From Myxococcota bacterium (GTDB lineage Bacteria > Myxococcota_A > Polyangia > JAAYKL01): 64,000 nucleotides of DNA. The stretch is from NCBI GenBank assembly GCA_028278265.1, contig JANQET010000236.1, forward strand, positions 801-64,800. Direction: 5' to 3'. Positions 29,107 through 38,756 of this stretch are shown piece after piece (positions within the stretch are counted from its first letter, which is position 1; every line of letters begins with the position of its first letter). The notes beneath the pieces are model-generated. The model did no database searches, was not told the origin of the DNA, and was given only the letters and a program-made list of their open reading frames with translations. Position numbers and translations under genes: made by a program.

Positions 29107-32028
29107 CTATCCCAAAAGGGCGGAGAGCAAGGCAGTCACCGACCGCAGGGGTGCCGGTGCAGCGGCGCCGGGCGTGCGGCAACCGCAGGATCCCCCATCG
29201 TCGTCGCTGGCGTCGTCATCATCGTCGGCCGAGTCGTCATCATCATCGGTCGAGTCATCATCGTCATCGCTGGCGTCATCATCATCGTCGGCCGAGTCGT
29301 CGTCATCGTCGGCCGAGTCGTCATCATCGTCGGCCGAGTCATCGTCATCATCGTCGTCGTCGCCGGTGTCGGTATCCTGATCCTGTTCCACCGTGTACAG
29401 ACAGACATCGTCGATGGTCCAGCCGCCGAACTCCAGCGCCGCATCGCTGGTCAGCTCCCAGCGGATCTCCACCTCGGGCTCTTCACCGGCCAGCTCGCTG
29501 ATGTCCAGGTCGAAATGGATCCACTCTCTGTCCCGGTGATGCACGGTGCCGTCCTCTTCAGCGGTGGCCAGGTTGGCCCAGACCTCTTCGTCGTTGACGT
29601 ACAATTTGGCCTGGTCGTGAAGGCCGTCCTGCACGTTCAGCCAGCGCTTGAACTGCAGGCGCACGACCTTGTACTCGGTGAGATCCCACTTGGGGCTGCG
29701 CAGGGTGTTGCTCACGTTGGGCATGTACATGCCGTCCCAGGACTCCTCGAGCTTGAGGTCGTTGCCCCAAACGTTCGTTCCGCTGGCGGCGGCTTCGGGA
29801 TCCCCTCCTTCGCCGGCCGGCTCGCCCCAGTTCCAATCGTCGGCCCCGTCCACGTTATCTCCGGCGAGCAGCTCGTGAGTCCAGTCCGGATCCTCACTCT
29901 CGAAATCTTCACACAGAATTTCAATCAATGGACCGACGTAGACCCGGTAGAATGGTTCGGCTTTGTTGTTCGGACGCATCACCTTCTCCCCGGACTGGGC
30001 CTTGATCGCCTCCACCCGATAGTAGAGCTCGGTGCCCTCTTCCTGCCCGGGAATCTCGGCCTCGTATGCATCACCACCGACCGAGTCCATCTCGATCTCT
30101 GCCCAGCTGGCCCCGTTGTCGGTGCTGTACACCACGCGGACGTTACCGATTTCACTGCATTCATCGTCATTGCCCACACTGACGTCGGCCTCGATGGTGA
30201 TCGGGGTCAGGGGAGTTTCGATCGCTTCGACCGGTTGATGGCTCAGCTCGATCTCCATCGAGTTGTCCTCGGCCAAACCGTGGAGGGAAAACTCCCGTCG
30301 AATGATGCAGAAGTTGGGGGTGCCGTCGGCCAAATCACCGTTGTCGTCGTCAGCCAACAGCGCGGATTCGTACGTGGTGGGGATGTTGCCCGATGTCTTC
30401 AGCATGCCGGCCATGATCACGTCGGTGGTGTTGCGACCCACGACCCAACCGTGCCGCTCCACCAACGCCTTGCGCAAATCCCACAGGGCGCCGCCGAGAA
30501 TCAGTCCGGTGATGTGCACATCGCTATCCTGGTCGTCGGGCCAGACCATGTTCGGCTCGGTGTCGCGGATGCCGTCCGGATCGCCGATGAAAAAATAGGC
30601 GCCGAGGATCGGGCTGTGAATGATCATCTGGGAGGTGGCGTCGGAGTACCCTTCGCTGGAGGCCCCGTCGAAATAGCCGATGCCGTCGATGATACTGGCC
30701 CCGTGGAAGCTGTGGCCGAACTCGTGGTAGACCACACTGCCGAGCATCGCCGTGTTGTTGCACCGATTGTCGGCAGATAAAAAGTTGATCGAACCGCCGC
30801 TGGACCAGGCGTTGCAGCTGCCGTTGTAGTTGACGTTGGTGATGATCGCCTTGTCGAGCAAATCCACATCGTCCACCACCGGTCCGATCGCCTTGGCGTG
30901 CTCCCGCATGACCGCGGCAAAACGGAACGAATCGACCTGGGACTGCTGGAATTCCGATCCGTCAGAGGCCCAGATATAGGTCTCCCCGTCGTCGATCTCC
31001 GCGGAAAGCTGCAGGTCGCTCCCCGCTTGATTGTTGACCTCGACGTACTTTCCCTTGAGCTGTGCAGTGATCTGTGCCGAATCCCCACTGGCGGTGAACT
31101 CCCCGTTTTCATCGGTGTATTCACTGGCGCCGTCTACCGTGATCCGCATGTGGGGTGCCAAGTTATCGATCAGATCCATCCCGGGTACCGGTGCTTCATC
31201 GTGGTGTTTGAGGTGGATTTTGGCGGTCATGAACATGCGTTTGTCTTTGAGCACGAAGAGCTCGCCGCTCTTGGCGTCGATGTAGGCGGTCCAGTCCCCC
31301 ACTGCCGGTGCGCTCAGCTCGACCGCATAGACCAGCTTGAAGGCCACCGAGTCCCGCCCCATGATCGGAAACGCGGCCAGCTGGTTCTCCCCGCTCTTGA
31401 CGGTCACGCCCCGCTGCCGTAGCGCCTCGACGGCCAATTGGGCGGCCTTGGCGGCTGTTAGCCGCGGTTTGGCGTCAAAGGGCAGGGCCGGAAAATTGCG
31501 CACACCGAACATCACCAATCGACCGGACATGATCGCGACAAAATTGCTCGATCCCAGTATCGGTACCCCGTTGAGGGTCTGCCGGTGACTGACGAAGCGG
31601 ATGCCGTTGGATAACACGTTGCGCCAGGGTCTGAGGCTCGTCGGTGAGACGCTGTCGAACAGCAGTTCCCGGTGCTCGACCCAAAACTGTTCGGCCACCT
31701 CGAGGGCCGCCGCCGCATCGGACATGGCCCGGGAGTTGACGTGAAACCCTTCGCCCCAATAGCGCTTGAAGTAACCGTTCATCCCCTCGTCCCGCACCAC
31801 CCAGCGACTGCTGTGTCGCTCGGTGAACACTCGCGGTGCCTGTCGCAGCGCACCGGCGTTGGAGATTCCGGCCCGGCCGGAGATCCACTTGGTCCCCCGG
31901 GGATAGTGCTCAATGCGCAGACCATCGGGCTCGCGAAACGCTTGGGCGTCGACAGCGAAGCCGATCACCAGCAGCAGAGTCGCCGCGAGGGCCAGCAGTT
32001 GACGGACTTGTTTGGTTTTACATGCCAT
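29107..32028 (-). CDS. secreted thermolysin-clan (M4/M36-like) zinc metalloprotease with C-terminal extra domains, poly-Asp linker and Cys-containing tail
   Basis: Signal peptide MACKTKQVRQLLALAATLLLV. VVYHEFGHSFH (HExxH) followed by SSEGYSD (third ligand Glu). Tail DDDDDDSADDDDD...DGGSCGCRTPGAAAPAPLRSVTALLSALLG. Confidence 0.8.
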   Translation of the reverse strand: MACKTKQVRQLLALAATLLLVIGFAVDAQAFREPDGLRIEHYPRGTKWISGRAGISNAGALRQAPRVFTERHSSRWVVRDEGMNGYFKRYWGEGFHVNSRAMSDAAAALEVAEQFWVEHRELLFDSVSPTSLRPWRNVLSNGIRFVSHRQTLNGVPILGSSNFVAIMSGRLVMFGVRNFPALPFDAKPRLTAAKAAQLAVEALRQRGVTVKSGENQLAAFPIMGRDSVAFKLVYAVELSAPAVGDWTAYIDAKSGELFVLKDKRMFMTAKIHLKHHDEAPVPGMDLIDNLAPHMRITVDGASEYTDENGEFTASGDSAQITAQLKGKYVEVNNQAGSDLQLSAEIDDGETYIWASDGSEFQQSQVDSFRFAAVMREHAKAIGPVVDDVDLLDKAIITNVNYNGSCNAWSSGGSINFLSADNRCNNTAMLGSVVYHEFGHSFHGASIIDGIGYFDGASSEGYSDATSQMIIHSPILGAYFFIGDPDGIRDTEPNMVWPDDQDSDVHITGLILGGALWDLRKALVERHGWVVGRNTTDVIMAGMLKTSGNIPTTYESALLADDDNGDLADGTPNFCIIRREFSLHGLAEDNSMEIELSHQPVEAIETPLTPITIEADVSVGNDDECSEIGNVRVVYSTDNGASWAEIEMDSVGGDAYEAEIPGQEEGTELYYRVEAIKAQSGEKVMRPNNKAEPFYRVYVGPLIEILCEDFESEDPDWTHELLAGDNVDGADDWNWGEPAGEGGDPEAAASGTNVWGNDLKLEESWDGMYMPNVSNTLRSPKWDLTEYKVVRLQFKRWLNVQDGLHDQAKLYVNDEEVWANLATAEEDGTVHHRDREWIHFDLDISELAGEEPEVEIRWELTSDAALEFGGWTIDDVCLYTVEQDQDTDTGDDDDDDDDSADDDDDSADDDDDSADDDDDASDDDDDSTDDDDDSADDDDDASDDDGGSCGCRTPGAAAPAPLRSVTALLSALLG
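29200..29390 (-). repeat. (GAC-GAC-GAT-GAY)n coding repeat (poly-Asp linker)
   Basis: Seen directly. Confidence 0.9.
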
Positions 32029-32239
32029 GGTCCCACCTCGTTGGGTTGGATAGAAGTTTGGGGGTATGTCTGGATTTTATACCTCGTCTCATTTTTATAC
32101 ATACAATTGCCGAATTTAATCTGTCAAACGTAATTGAAATAATCCGGTTTTGCTGCAGAATTACACGATTAAACGGGGATTCTAGTTCATTTTTTATGGT
32201 CGAGCTGAAAGTGGCAGGGGGTTCCGCGGTTGGCGGAAA

Positions 32240-32731
32240 TCAGCGCTCGAGGGTGAAGGGATACTTGATCACCTGTTGCTCGGCCCCGGTGAACCGGGGA
32301 AAGACCGCTTGCAGGACCACTTCGGCGACGCATTTTGCCGCGTCCGTATCGGCCGTATCACCGATGGGAAAGGCGTTGACCACTGCTCCGGATGCGCTGA
32401 CCACCAGCTTGGTGATCACCTCGACCTTCGGGCCTTTGGCGCAGGCGTCGATCTGTGGTTTCAATGCGTAGAGACACGCCCGAACCTGAATCGCACTGAG
32501 CTTGGTCTCGGGCTTGGTTTTCGCCTTCTCGATCTCTTGTTCGCAGCGCTGCTTGGCCTCCTGCGCTTTGGGATTTGCCGTCGCCGCGTCCCCCATGGAT
32601 TCGCCTTCGCCACTCGTCTCCCCGCTGATGCCGAAATTGCCGGTGGCGGCCCCACCGCAGGCCAGTGTGCTGAGAGCCAGTACAAAAATTCCGGTGACCA
32701 CCCAAACCGATAGGATACCTCTTCGCGCCAT
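32240..32731 (-). CDS. small lipoprotein, unknown function
   Basis: Start at M88 of the track ORF (MARRGILSVWVVTGIFVLALSTLACGG lipoprotein signal). Four Cys in the mature part. Confidence 0.4.
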   Translation of the reverse strand: MARRGILSVWVVTGIFVLALSTLACGGAATGNFGISGETSGEGESMGDAATANPKAQEAKQRCEQEIEKAKTKPETKLSAIQVRACLYALKPQIDACAKGPKVEVITKLVVSASGAVVNAFPIGDTADTDAAKCVAEVVLQAVFPRFTGAEQQVIKYPFTLER

Positions 32732-32973
32732 CGTCTGTTTCTCCTGTCCTCTGCAGTGATGAGATGCGTTATCAGACCCGTAAACGGTGTCGTCTATAAG
32801 CCTATATACCAGACAGGCGTTTGCAAAAAAATACCCTTCCTTCCCGTTGCCGCCGATAGCTGTGACCACCGGTGGGTCGCCGGTCGATGCGGTCGCCCGG
32901 TTTTTGGTCCAGGCCTTGCTTTTGAGTGGAGAGCGCAACAAAATCCCGAGACGGCCCATGGCCTGTGAGCTGA

Positions 32974-33744
32974 ATGACCGCTGAGTTTTCAAAAAGAGGA
33001 GCCGATAACGTGTTGAAAGAAAAGACCGTTCTGATCACCGGCGGCACCGGCGCAATCGGGTCGGCCCTGTGCCGAATTGCTGCTGAACAGGGGGCCAGTG
33101 TGGCCTTTACGTATCACCGCAACCGGGAAACAGCAGATGAGTTGCAAGGGGAGCTGGAGCGCAGGGGGGGTCGCGTCATCGGCCGATCTGTCGAGGCGAC
33201 GGACGGTGCTGAGGTGACCGCGTTTGTGGAACAGGTGACCGCCGAGCTCGGGTCGATCGATGTGCTGGTCAACAACCTGGGGGTGACCCAGGTGATGCCT
33301 TTCGCCCTCATCGAGGAGGAGGATTGGGATCAGCTGATCGAGACCAATCTCAAGGGATTGTTTCTGTTTTCCAAGGCGGTGGTGCGGACGATGGCGCGGC
33401 GCAAATCGGGAGTGATCGTCAACATCGGCTCGGTGGCCGGTCACCGGATCATCGAAGTGCCGGTTCACTACGCCACGGTCAAGTCCGCCGTGGCAGGGTT
33501 TACCACTTCCCTGGCCGGAGAAATGAAACGGTACGGGGTGAGGGTCAATGCGGTGGCGCCCGGGTTGATCGATGGGGGGATCGGCCACAATGTCTCGGCC
33601 CGTCAACTGGAGGAGTACAACCGGTTCTGCGCGCTCGGCCGACCCGGTACCCCTGAGGAGGTGGCCCACCTGGTCCTCTTTTTGGCTTCGGATAAAGCGT
33701 CGTACATCAACGGCCAAGTCATTTTCACCGATGGGGGAATTTAA
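32974..33744 (+). CDS. SDR family oxidoreductase (FabG-like 3-oxoacyl-ACP reductase)
   Basis: TGGTGAIGSA Rossmann motif and YxxxK/NNLGV motifs. Immediately followed (1 nt) by a radical SAM gene. Confidence 0.85.
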   Translation: MTAEFSKRGADNVLKEKTVLITGGTGAIGSALCRIAAEQGASVAFTYHRNRETADELQGELERRGGRVIGRSVEATDGAEVTAFVEQVTAELGSIDVLVNNLGVTQVMPFALIEEEDWDQLIETNLKGLFLFSKAVVRTMARRKSGVIVNIGSVAGHRIIEVPVHYATVKSAVAGFTTSLAGEMKRYGVRVNAVAPGLIDGGIGHNVSARQLEEYNRFCALGRPGTPEEVAHLVLFLASDKASYINGQVIFTDGGI

Positions 33745-35166
33745 ATGAGCTGCTGTCAAATCGGAGGGGACGAACAGACCTTCTTGTCGGCCACCAAGGG
33801 GATGTGCCGTGAGTGCCGGGAAATAGTGGACGCCCGCTACGTGGCCCGTGGGGAGCGGGTTTTTTTGGAGCGCCATTGTCCGAGTCACGGAAAACAGACC
33901 GCGTTGGTGGCCCGACGGCTTTCATCCTATTTGGAGATGATGCGCACCCCGCCCGGAGGGCAACCGCCCCGGCGCGTTCTGACCGAGCGGCAAGGGGGAT
34001 GCCCCACCTCCTGTGGCCCCTGCTCCTTTCACGGGCAAAACTGCCATCTCCCGGTCTTCTCGATCACCAACGCCTGTGATCTGCGCTGCCCTATTTGTTT
34101 TACCTACAACCGGACGGACCAGACCTTTTTCATGTCTGAAGAGGCGTTTGTCGAGCAGATCGATTTTGTGATCGACGCGGCAGGACCGGTCGACCTGGTC
34201 AACATCACCGGCGGGGAGCCCACCTTGCACCCGGAGTTGCCCCGGCTGTTGCGCCACGCCCGGCGACCGGAGATCGGCCGAATCACCGTCAACACCAACG
34301 GGTTGAACCTGGCCCGGAATCCCGGATTGGCCAGGGAGCTGGCCGATTTGGGCGTCTACTTGATCCTCTCTTTCGATACCTTTAATCCCCGGACGAGCCA
34401 AGCGATTCACGGCCGGGATATCGTCGAAGCCAAGCTCTCGGCGCTCGAAACAGCGGAGCGGTACGGTATTCCAACCACTTTGTTGATGGTGCTGATCAAG
34501 TCGGTCAACGAAGCGGATTTGGCGCCGGTGGTGGAGCTGGCCCTGTCCCGTGACATCGTTCGCTCCCTGACGATCCAGACGATGACCTACACCGGACAGG
34601 GGGGTGGCGAGTTCCTGCCGCGGGCCCATCTGCCGGTGGACGAGGTGGAGGAGCTGATCGAAGCTGCCACGTCGGGCCGAATCCCCCGCGCGGCATTCAT
34701 GCCGTTACCCTCGGCCCACCCACTGTGCTACGGGGTGGCCTACCTGATGTCCCACGGTGGGGCGACCCATTGCCTGACCGAACTGCTCGACAAATCGACC
34801 ATCGGCCAATATCTCCAAGAGGGTTACCTGCTGCGGCCTTCGGACGAGCTGGAGATCGAGCTCAAACAGGCGATCGACCGCCTGTGGAGCGAAGGGGGAG
34901 ACCCGGAGGTTCTCTCGACCCTCAAGTCGATGATGACGGACCTCTTTCCCGCCCAACCGATCACCGTCGCCGAACGCCAACGACGGGCGGAAAAACAGTT
35001 GAAGACGATCTACGTGCACGCCCATATGGACGAGGACACTTGGGAGCTGGGCCGCGCCGTGCGCTGTCCGGATCAGGTGCCGGTGGATGGCAAGCAGCTG
35101 ATCGGTGCCTGCAACTACAACCTGTTCTATCGCATGCGAGATGAGCGATTTTGGGTGACCCGATGA
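33745..35166 (+). CDS. radical SAM enzyme with N-terminal Cys-rich (zinc-ribbon/rubredoxin-like) domain, paralogue A
   Basis: N-terminus CC...CRECRE...HCPSHG and CPTSCGPCSFH; radical SAM NACDLRCPIC (CxxxCxxC); GGEPTLHP. Confidence 0.85.
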   Translation: MSCCQIGGDEQTFLSATKGMCRECREIVDARYVARGERVFLERHCPSHGKQTALVARRLSSYLEMMRTPPGGQPPRRVLTERQGGCPTSCGPCSFHGQNCHLPVFSITNACDLRCPICFTYNRTDQTFFMSEEAFVEQIDFVIDAAGPVDLVNITGGEPTLHPELPRLLRHARRPEIGRITVNTNGLNLARNPGLARELADLGVYLILSFDTFNPRTSQAIHGRDIVEAKLSALETAERYGIPTTLLMVLIKSVNEADLAPVVELALSRDIVRSLTIQTMTYTGQGGGEFLPRAHLPVDEVEELIEAATSGRIPRAAFMPLPSAHPLCYGVAYLMSHGGATHCLTELLDKSTIGQYLQEGYLLRPSDELEIELKQAIDRLWSEGGDPEVLSTLKSMMTDLFPAQPITVAERQRRAEKQLKTIYVHAHMDEDTWELGRAVRCPDQVPVDGKQLIGACNYNLFYRMRDERFWVTR

Positions 35167-36650
35167 ACCGTTTGAACAACGCCGCCGGTATGGTGGACGA
35201 GATCTGTCACAGCGCGACTCAGGGGTTGTGCAACACCTGCGGACAACTGACCGACGCCCGGATCGTTTTTCGTGGCGAGCAGGTGGTGCTGCAGAAGTGG
35301 TGTCTCGAGCACGGACAGACCGAGGCGCTGATCTGTTCGGACAAGGCGTGGTATTTGTCCTCTGGGGGATTCGTCAAGCCGGGCACCGAACCGCGGCAAC
35401 GGGCGGTGACCGAGTTCAACGGCTGCCCCGACTCCTGCGGGTTGTGTCCTGAACATCAACAGCACACCTGTGTGCCGATCGTGGAGATCACCGATCGCTG
35501 CAATCTGGCCTGCCCGATCTGTCTGGTCCGCGATCGCTGCGAGCAGGAGCTCACCGTGGCCCAGGCGAGCGCGATGTTCGATCGGTTGGTGCGGTACGAA
35601 GGTCAGATCAACATGGTGACCCTGAGCGGCGGAGAGCCGACCGTGCATCCCCACCTGCTCGACATTGTCGACGCGGCCCGGGAGCGGCGTGAGATCGGCG
35701 TCGTTTCGGTCTCCACCAACGGCGTGGCCCTGGCCCGCGACGACGACCTGCTGCAGGCCTTGGTGGATCGGGAGGTGGTGATCTCCCTGCAGTATGACGG
35801 GCACTCCGCTGACGTCTACCGAATCCTGCGCGGGGACCCGGCATTGGCCGAGCTCAAACAGAGGTTGATCGAGCGGGTGGTCGAGTTGGGCGGCCTGCTC
35901 TCACTGACAGTTACCCTGGCCCGCGGCATCAACGAGGACCAGTTGTCCGGCGTGCTAGAGCGGTTTTTTGGCCACGATCAGATCTTGAGCATCATGGTGC
36001 ACCCCCTGGCCTATCGCCCCCGTCAGACGCCGGAGATCGCTTGCGATCCTTCCGATATCATCACCATCCCCGATGTGGTGCGCTTGCTCAGCGAGCAATC
36101 CGGCGGCCGATTGGTCCGGTCCGATTTTGTGCCGCTGCCCTGCTCCCATCCCAGCTGTTTCGCCCTGACCTACGTGCTCAAGACCGATGACGGCAAGTTC
36201 GTCTCATTACCCCGGTTGATCGACCTCGAGACCTATCTCGACGTGATCAAGAACCAGGCGCTGCTCAGCACGGATGCTGAAAACCTGGGCAAGATCAAGG
36301 ACGCCATCTACGCGCTGTGGTCGGCGCAAAACGCGGTCCCTGATCAGGAGAGCGTGCTGCGGACCGTGCGGCAGATCCTGCTGCAGATGAACCGGCTGGG
36401 AAATGATACACCCTCGCCGCGGGATGCGCTGTCCCTGGGGCTGCGGCATGTCAAATCGATTTTCATCCACCAGTTCATGGATCGGGCCACCTTTGATCTG
36501 TCGCGGGCGATCAAGTGCTGCAACCACTACCCTGGGGCCGACGGCCGATTGCAGCCCGTTTGTGTGCGCAACACCATCACCGCGCCGCGGGCGACGTCGG
36601 GCGGAGCTGGGCGCGAAAGAACCACAACACCAGACCCACCCCGAGGGTGA
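35151..36650 (+). CDS. radical SAM enzyme with N-terminal Cys-rich domain, paralogue B
   Basis: CNTCGQ...WCLEHG, CPDSCGLCPEH, DRCNLACPIC, GGEPTVHP. Collinear similarity to paralogue A; overlaps it by 16 nt. Last ~25 aa are low-complexity. Confidence 0.82.
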   Translation: MGDPMNRLNNAAGMVDEICHSATQGLCNTCGQLTDARIVFRGEQVVLQKWCLEHGQTEALICSDKAWYLSSGGFVKPGTEPRQRAVTEFNGCPDSCGLCPEHQQHTCVPIVEITDRCNLACPICLVRDRCEQELTVAQASAMFDRLVRYEGQINMVTLSGGEPTVHPHLLDIVDAARERREIGVVSVSTNGVALARDDDLLQALVDREVVISLQYDGHSADVYRILRGDPALAELKQRLIERVVELGGLLSLTVTLARGINEDQLSGVLERFFGHDQILSIMVHPLAYRPRQTPEIACDPSDIITIPDVVRLLSEQSGGRLVRSDFVPLPCSHPSCFALTYVLKTDDGKFVSLPRLIDLETYLDVIKNQALLSTDAENLGKIKDAIYALWSAQNAVPDQESVLRTVRQILLQMNRLGNDTPSPRDALSLGLRHVKSIFIHQFMDRATFDLSRAIKCCNHYPGADGRLQPVCVRNTITAPRATSGGAGRERTTTPDPPRG

Positions 36651-37395
36651 TCAGCAGCTCGGTGAGCTCCTCCCAGAAGTCGAGCCAGACCGGCGTGCGG
36701 GCAAAGGCGGTGACCAGACAGAAGCGAAACCAGGAGAACAGCCAAAACCCCAGCCCGACGAAAAATGGCCCCTTGGCCCTGGCCGGTGCCGTGGCAGCTC
36801 CCCAGAGCAGCCCGGCCGTGGCGACGAAGCACCCCGCGGCGATGATCGGGAAGAGGCGAAAATTGAGCCAGATCAAGAACGGAGAGTAAGTGTAGCGCAC
36901 CTCGCTGCCGAAGACTGTGCCGAGGTGATCGTAGGGGGCGATGGTCGCGGTCAGCGGCAGCAGGGCGACCACGGCAAAAAACAGGGCGGCGAAGATCATC
37001 AATCGCTTGAGGCCGCAGGGGACATCGTGTTGCTTGTAGCATCGACCGCAGAACCGCTGAAGCACACACCTCTTTTGCGAATCGATAAAACCGATGACCT
37101 GGGTGTCGAATAGGGTCAACAATCCCCAGGGGACAAAGATACCCATCGCCACCATGCCCAAATCGTGCATCCCGTCGAGCCAATCGCTGGCCCCACCGGC
37201 AGAGAGAAAATTGAGCGCACAGGCCGCCTCACCGAGCCAAAACGCAGCCAAGCCGATGCAGAGGGTCGTTCGGCCCGAAAAGACGGGTTTGCGGGCAAGG
37301 GCGAGTATCCCGAGGACCAACACCATGTAGATCGGTTTGATGATGAGCCCGGAGGTGAAGGCCAGGTACTGCTCAAACGGCGTGAACAGTATCAT
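36577..37395 (-). CDS. polytopic membrane protein with conserved Cys cluster
   Basis: At least 7 hydrophobic helices. CVLQRFCGRCYKQHDVPCG loop. 3' end overlaps the paralogue-B 3' end by 74 nt (convergent). Confidence 0.5.
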   Translation of the reverse strand: MILFTPFEQYLAFTSGLIIKPIYMVLVLGILALARKPVFSGRTTLCIGLAAFWLGEAACALNFLSAGGASDWLDGMHDLGMVAMGIFVPWGLLTLFDTQVIGFIDSQKRCVLQRFCGRCYKQHDVPCGLKRLMIFAALFFAVVALLPLTATIAPYDHLGTVFGSEVRYTYSPFLIWLNFRLFPIIAAGCFVATAGLLWGAATAPARAKGPFFVGLGFWLFSWFRFCLVTAFARTPVWLDFWEELTELLITLGVGLVLWFFRAQLRPTSPAAR

Positions 37396-37727
37396 CGCCG
37401 GTCAATTCTGGTCTGAGATGACGCTGCCATATTGCATGACGATCGTGCGATCTGCCTGATTTGTCAATTGGCTGTCGTGGGTGGCGATATTGGTGACCTG
37501 AACCCCCACGCCGATGATCACCGCCACCATCACCAGACCAAAAGAAAATCGATTCTTCTTGAGCGACTGAAGCGCCGGAAATGCAAAGATGCTGAGGTCG
37601 GACTGGGTTCCTTCGGGCAACGGGTTCTCCTTTTGCTGCTCGGAGCAGGCTGCAAAAACTCGTTCCGACAATTGGCGCGATTTGTGCGGTTTGAGAATGG
37701 GTTGATCGGTGGTATCGAGGGAGCAGT

Positions 37728-38756
37728 ATGTGGCGATCGGTGCGCAACTATTGGTATTTGCGGCTGGCTGGGGTCACCCCGACGCGATGGCGCCCCTTGC
37801 TCGCGGTCTACTACTTGACCTATGCCTGCGATTTCAGATGCCCCTATTGCGCGGACGGCGCGAACCGTCCGTACTATCGGCTCGATTCGCCGACTCTCGA
37901 CGCGGACGGGGTCGTCGAGCTGCTCACCACCGTGCGGCGATACTGTGACCACTTGGTGCTCACTGGCGGTGAGCCGCTGAACCACCCGCAAGTGGACGAA
38001 ATTCTCCGCGCACTTTCGCCACTTGGATTTCGCAGTGTGGTGTTGACGACCAACGGGTATGACTTGGCGCCCCGGCTGGCCGGCGTGCTGGAGGCGGTGG
38101 ATCACCTGGTGATCAGCCTGGACACCTTGGATCGGGCCAAGGCAGACGGCTGGTACGGGGTGGGAGACGGGGCCCTGGACCGCATTCTGGCCACCGCCCT
38201 AGAGGCCGAAGCCAGGCGCTCGGCCAGCAGCACTGAGATCATCGTCTCGGCTGTGGTGACCCCCCACAACATTGCCGATTTGTACGAGGTCTATCAGTTC
38301 TGTCAAACCAATGGGCTTCGCTTTGCCGCCTCTCCCCAATTGGAGGGGGTCAAGGTACATCCCGATTTGATCGACAACGGGCCTTACCGGACGCTGTTCG
38401 ACTTTTTGCTCGAGGAGAAGAAAAAGGGTCGGGCGATCAACGGGACGCCCCTCTACCTGCAGTACATGCGCGATCTGAAGGCGTTTCGCTGTTTCCCTTC
38501 CGCCACCCTTGCCGTGTCACCCGTCGGAGAGGTCTTTTACCCCTGTCTGGAGCGGGGCACCAAGGGGGGCAACTTGCTTCAGGAGCCGGACCTGGATCGG
38601 ATTCGGCAACAGGCGATCGAGCGATTCGGCCCCGAGCCCAGCTGTGACAACCGCTGCCACTCCGCCTGTGCTCTGAGTTTCGGGCTCATTCTGGGACGGC
38701 CGTGGAGCATGGCCCCCGAGGCGCTGATTCAGCTCAAATCAAGATGGCATCGTTGA
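37728..38756 (+). CDS. radical SAM enzyme (SPASM/twitch-like C-terminal Cys motifs)
   Basis: YACDFRCPYC, LTGGEPL, C-terminal CDNRCHSAC. Confidence 0.8.
   Translation: MWRSVRNYWYLRLAGVTPTRWRPLLAVYYLTYACDFRCPYCADGANRPYYRLDSPTLDADGVVELLTTVRRYCDHLVLTGGEPLNHPQVDEILRALSPLGFRSVVLTTNGYDLAPRLAGVLEAVDHLVISLDTLDRAKADGWYGVGDGALDRILATALEAEARRSASSTEIIVSAVVTPHNIADLYEVYQFCQTNGLRFAASPQLEGVKVHPDLIDNGPYRTLFDFLLEEKKKGRAINGTPLYLQYMRDLKAFRCFPSATLAVSPVGEVFYPCLERGTKGGNLLQEPDLDRIRQQAIERFGPEPSCDNRCHSACALSFGLILGRPWSMAPEALIQLKSRWHR

Noticed and set aside
36577-37395. Exosortase/myxosortase identity for the Cys-motif membrane protein, linking it to the MYXO-CTERM-like tails
   Set aside because: There are no recognisable exosortase (conserved Cys/Arg/Asn) or CPBP (EExxxR, FxxxH) motifs. 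Its placement inside the biosynthetic cluster argues for a cluster-specific role.
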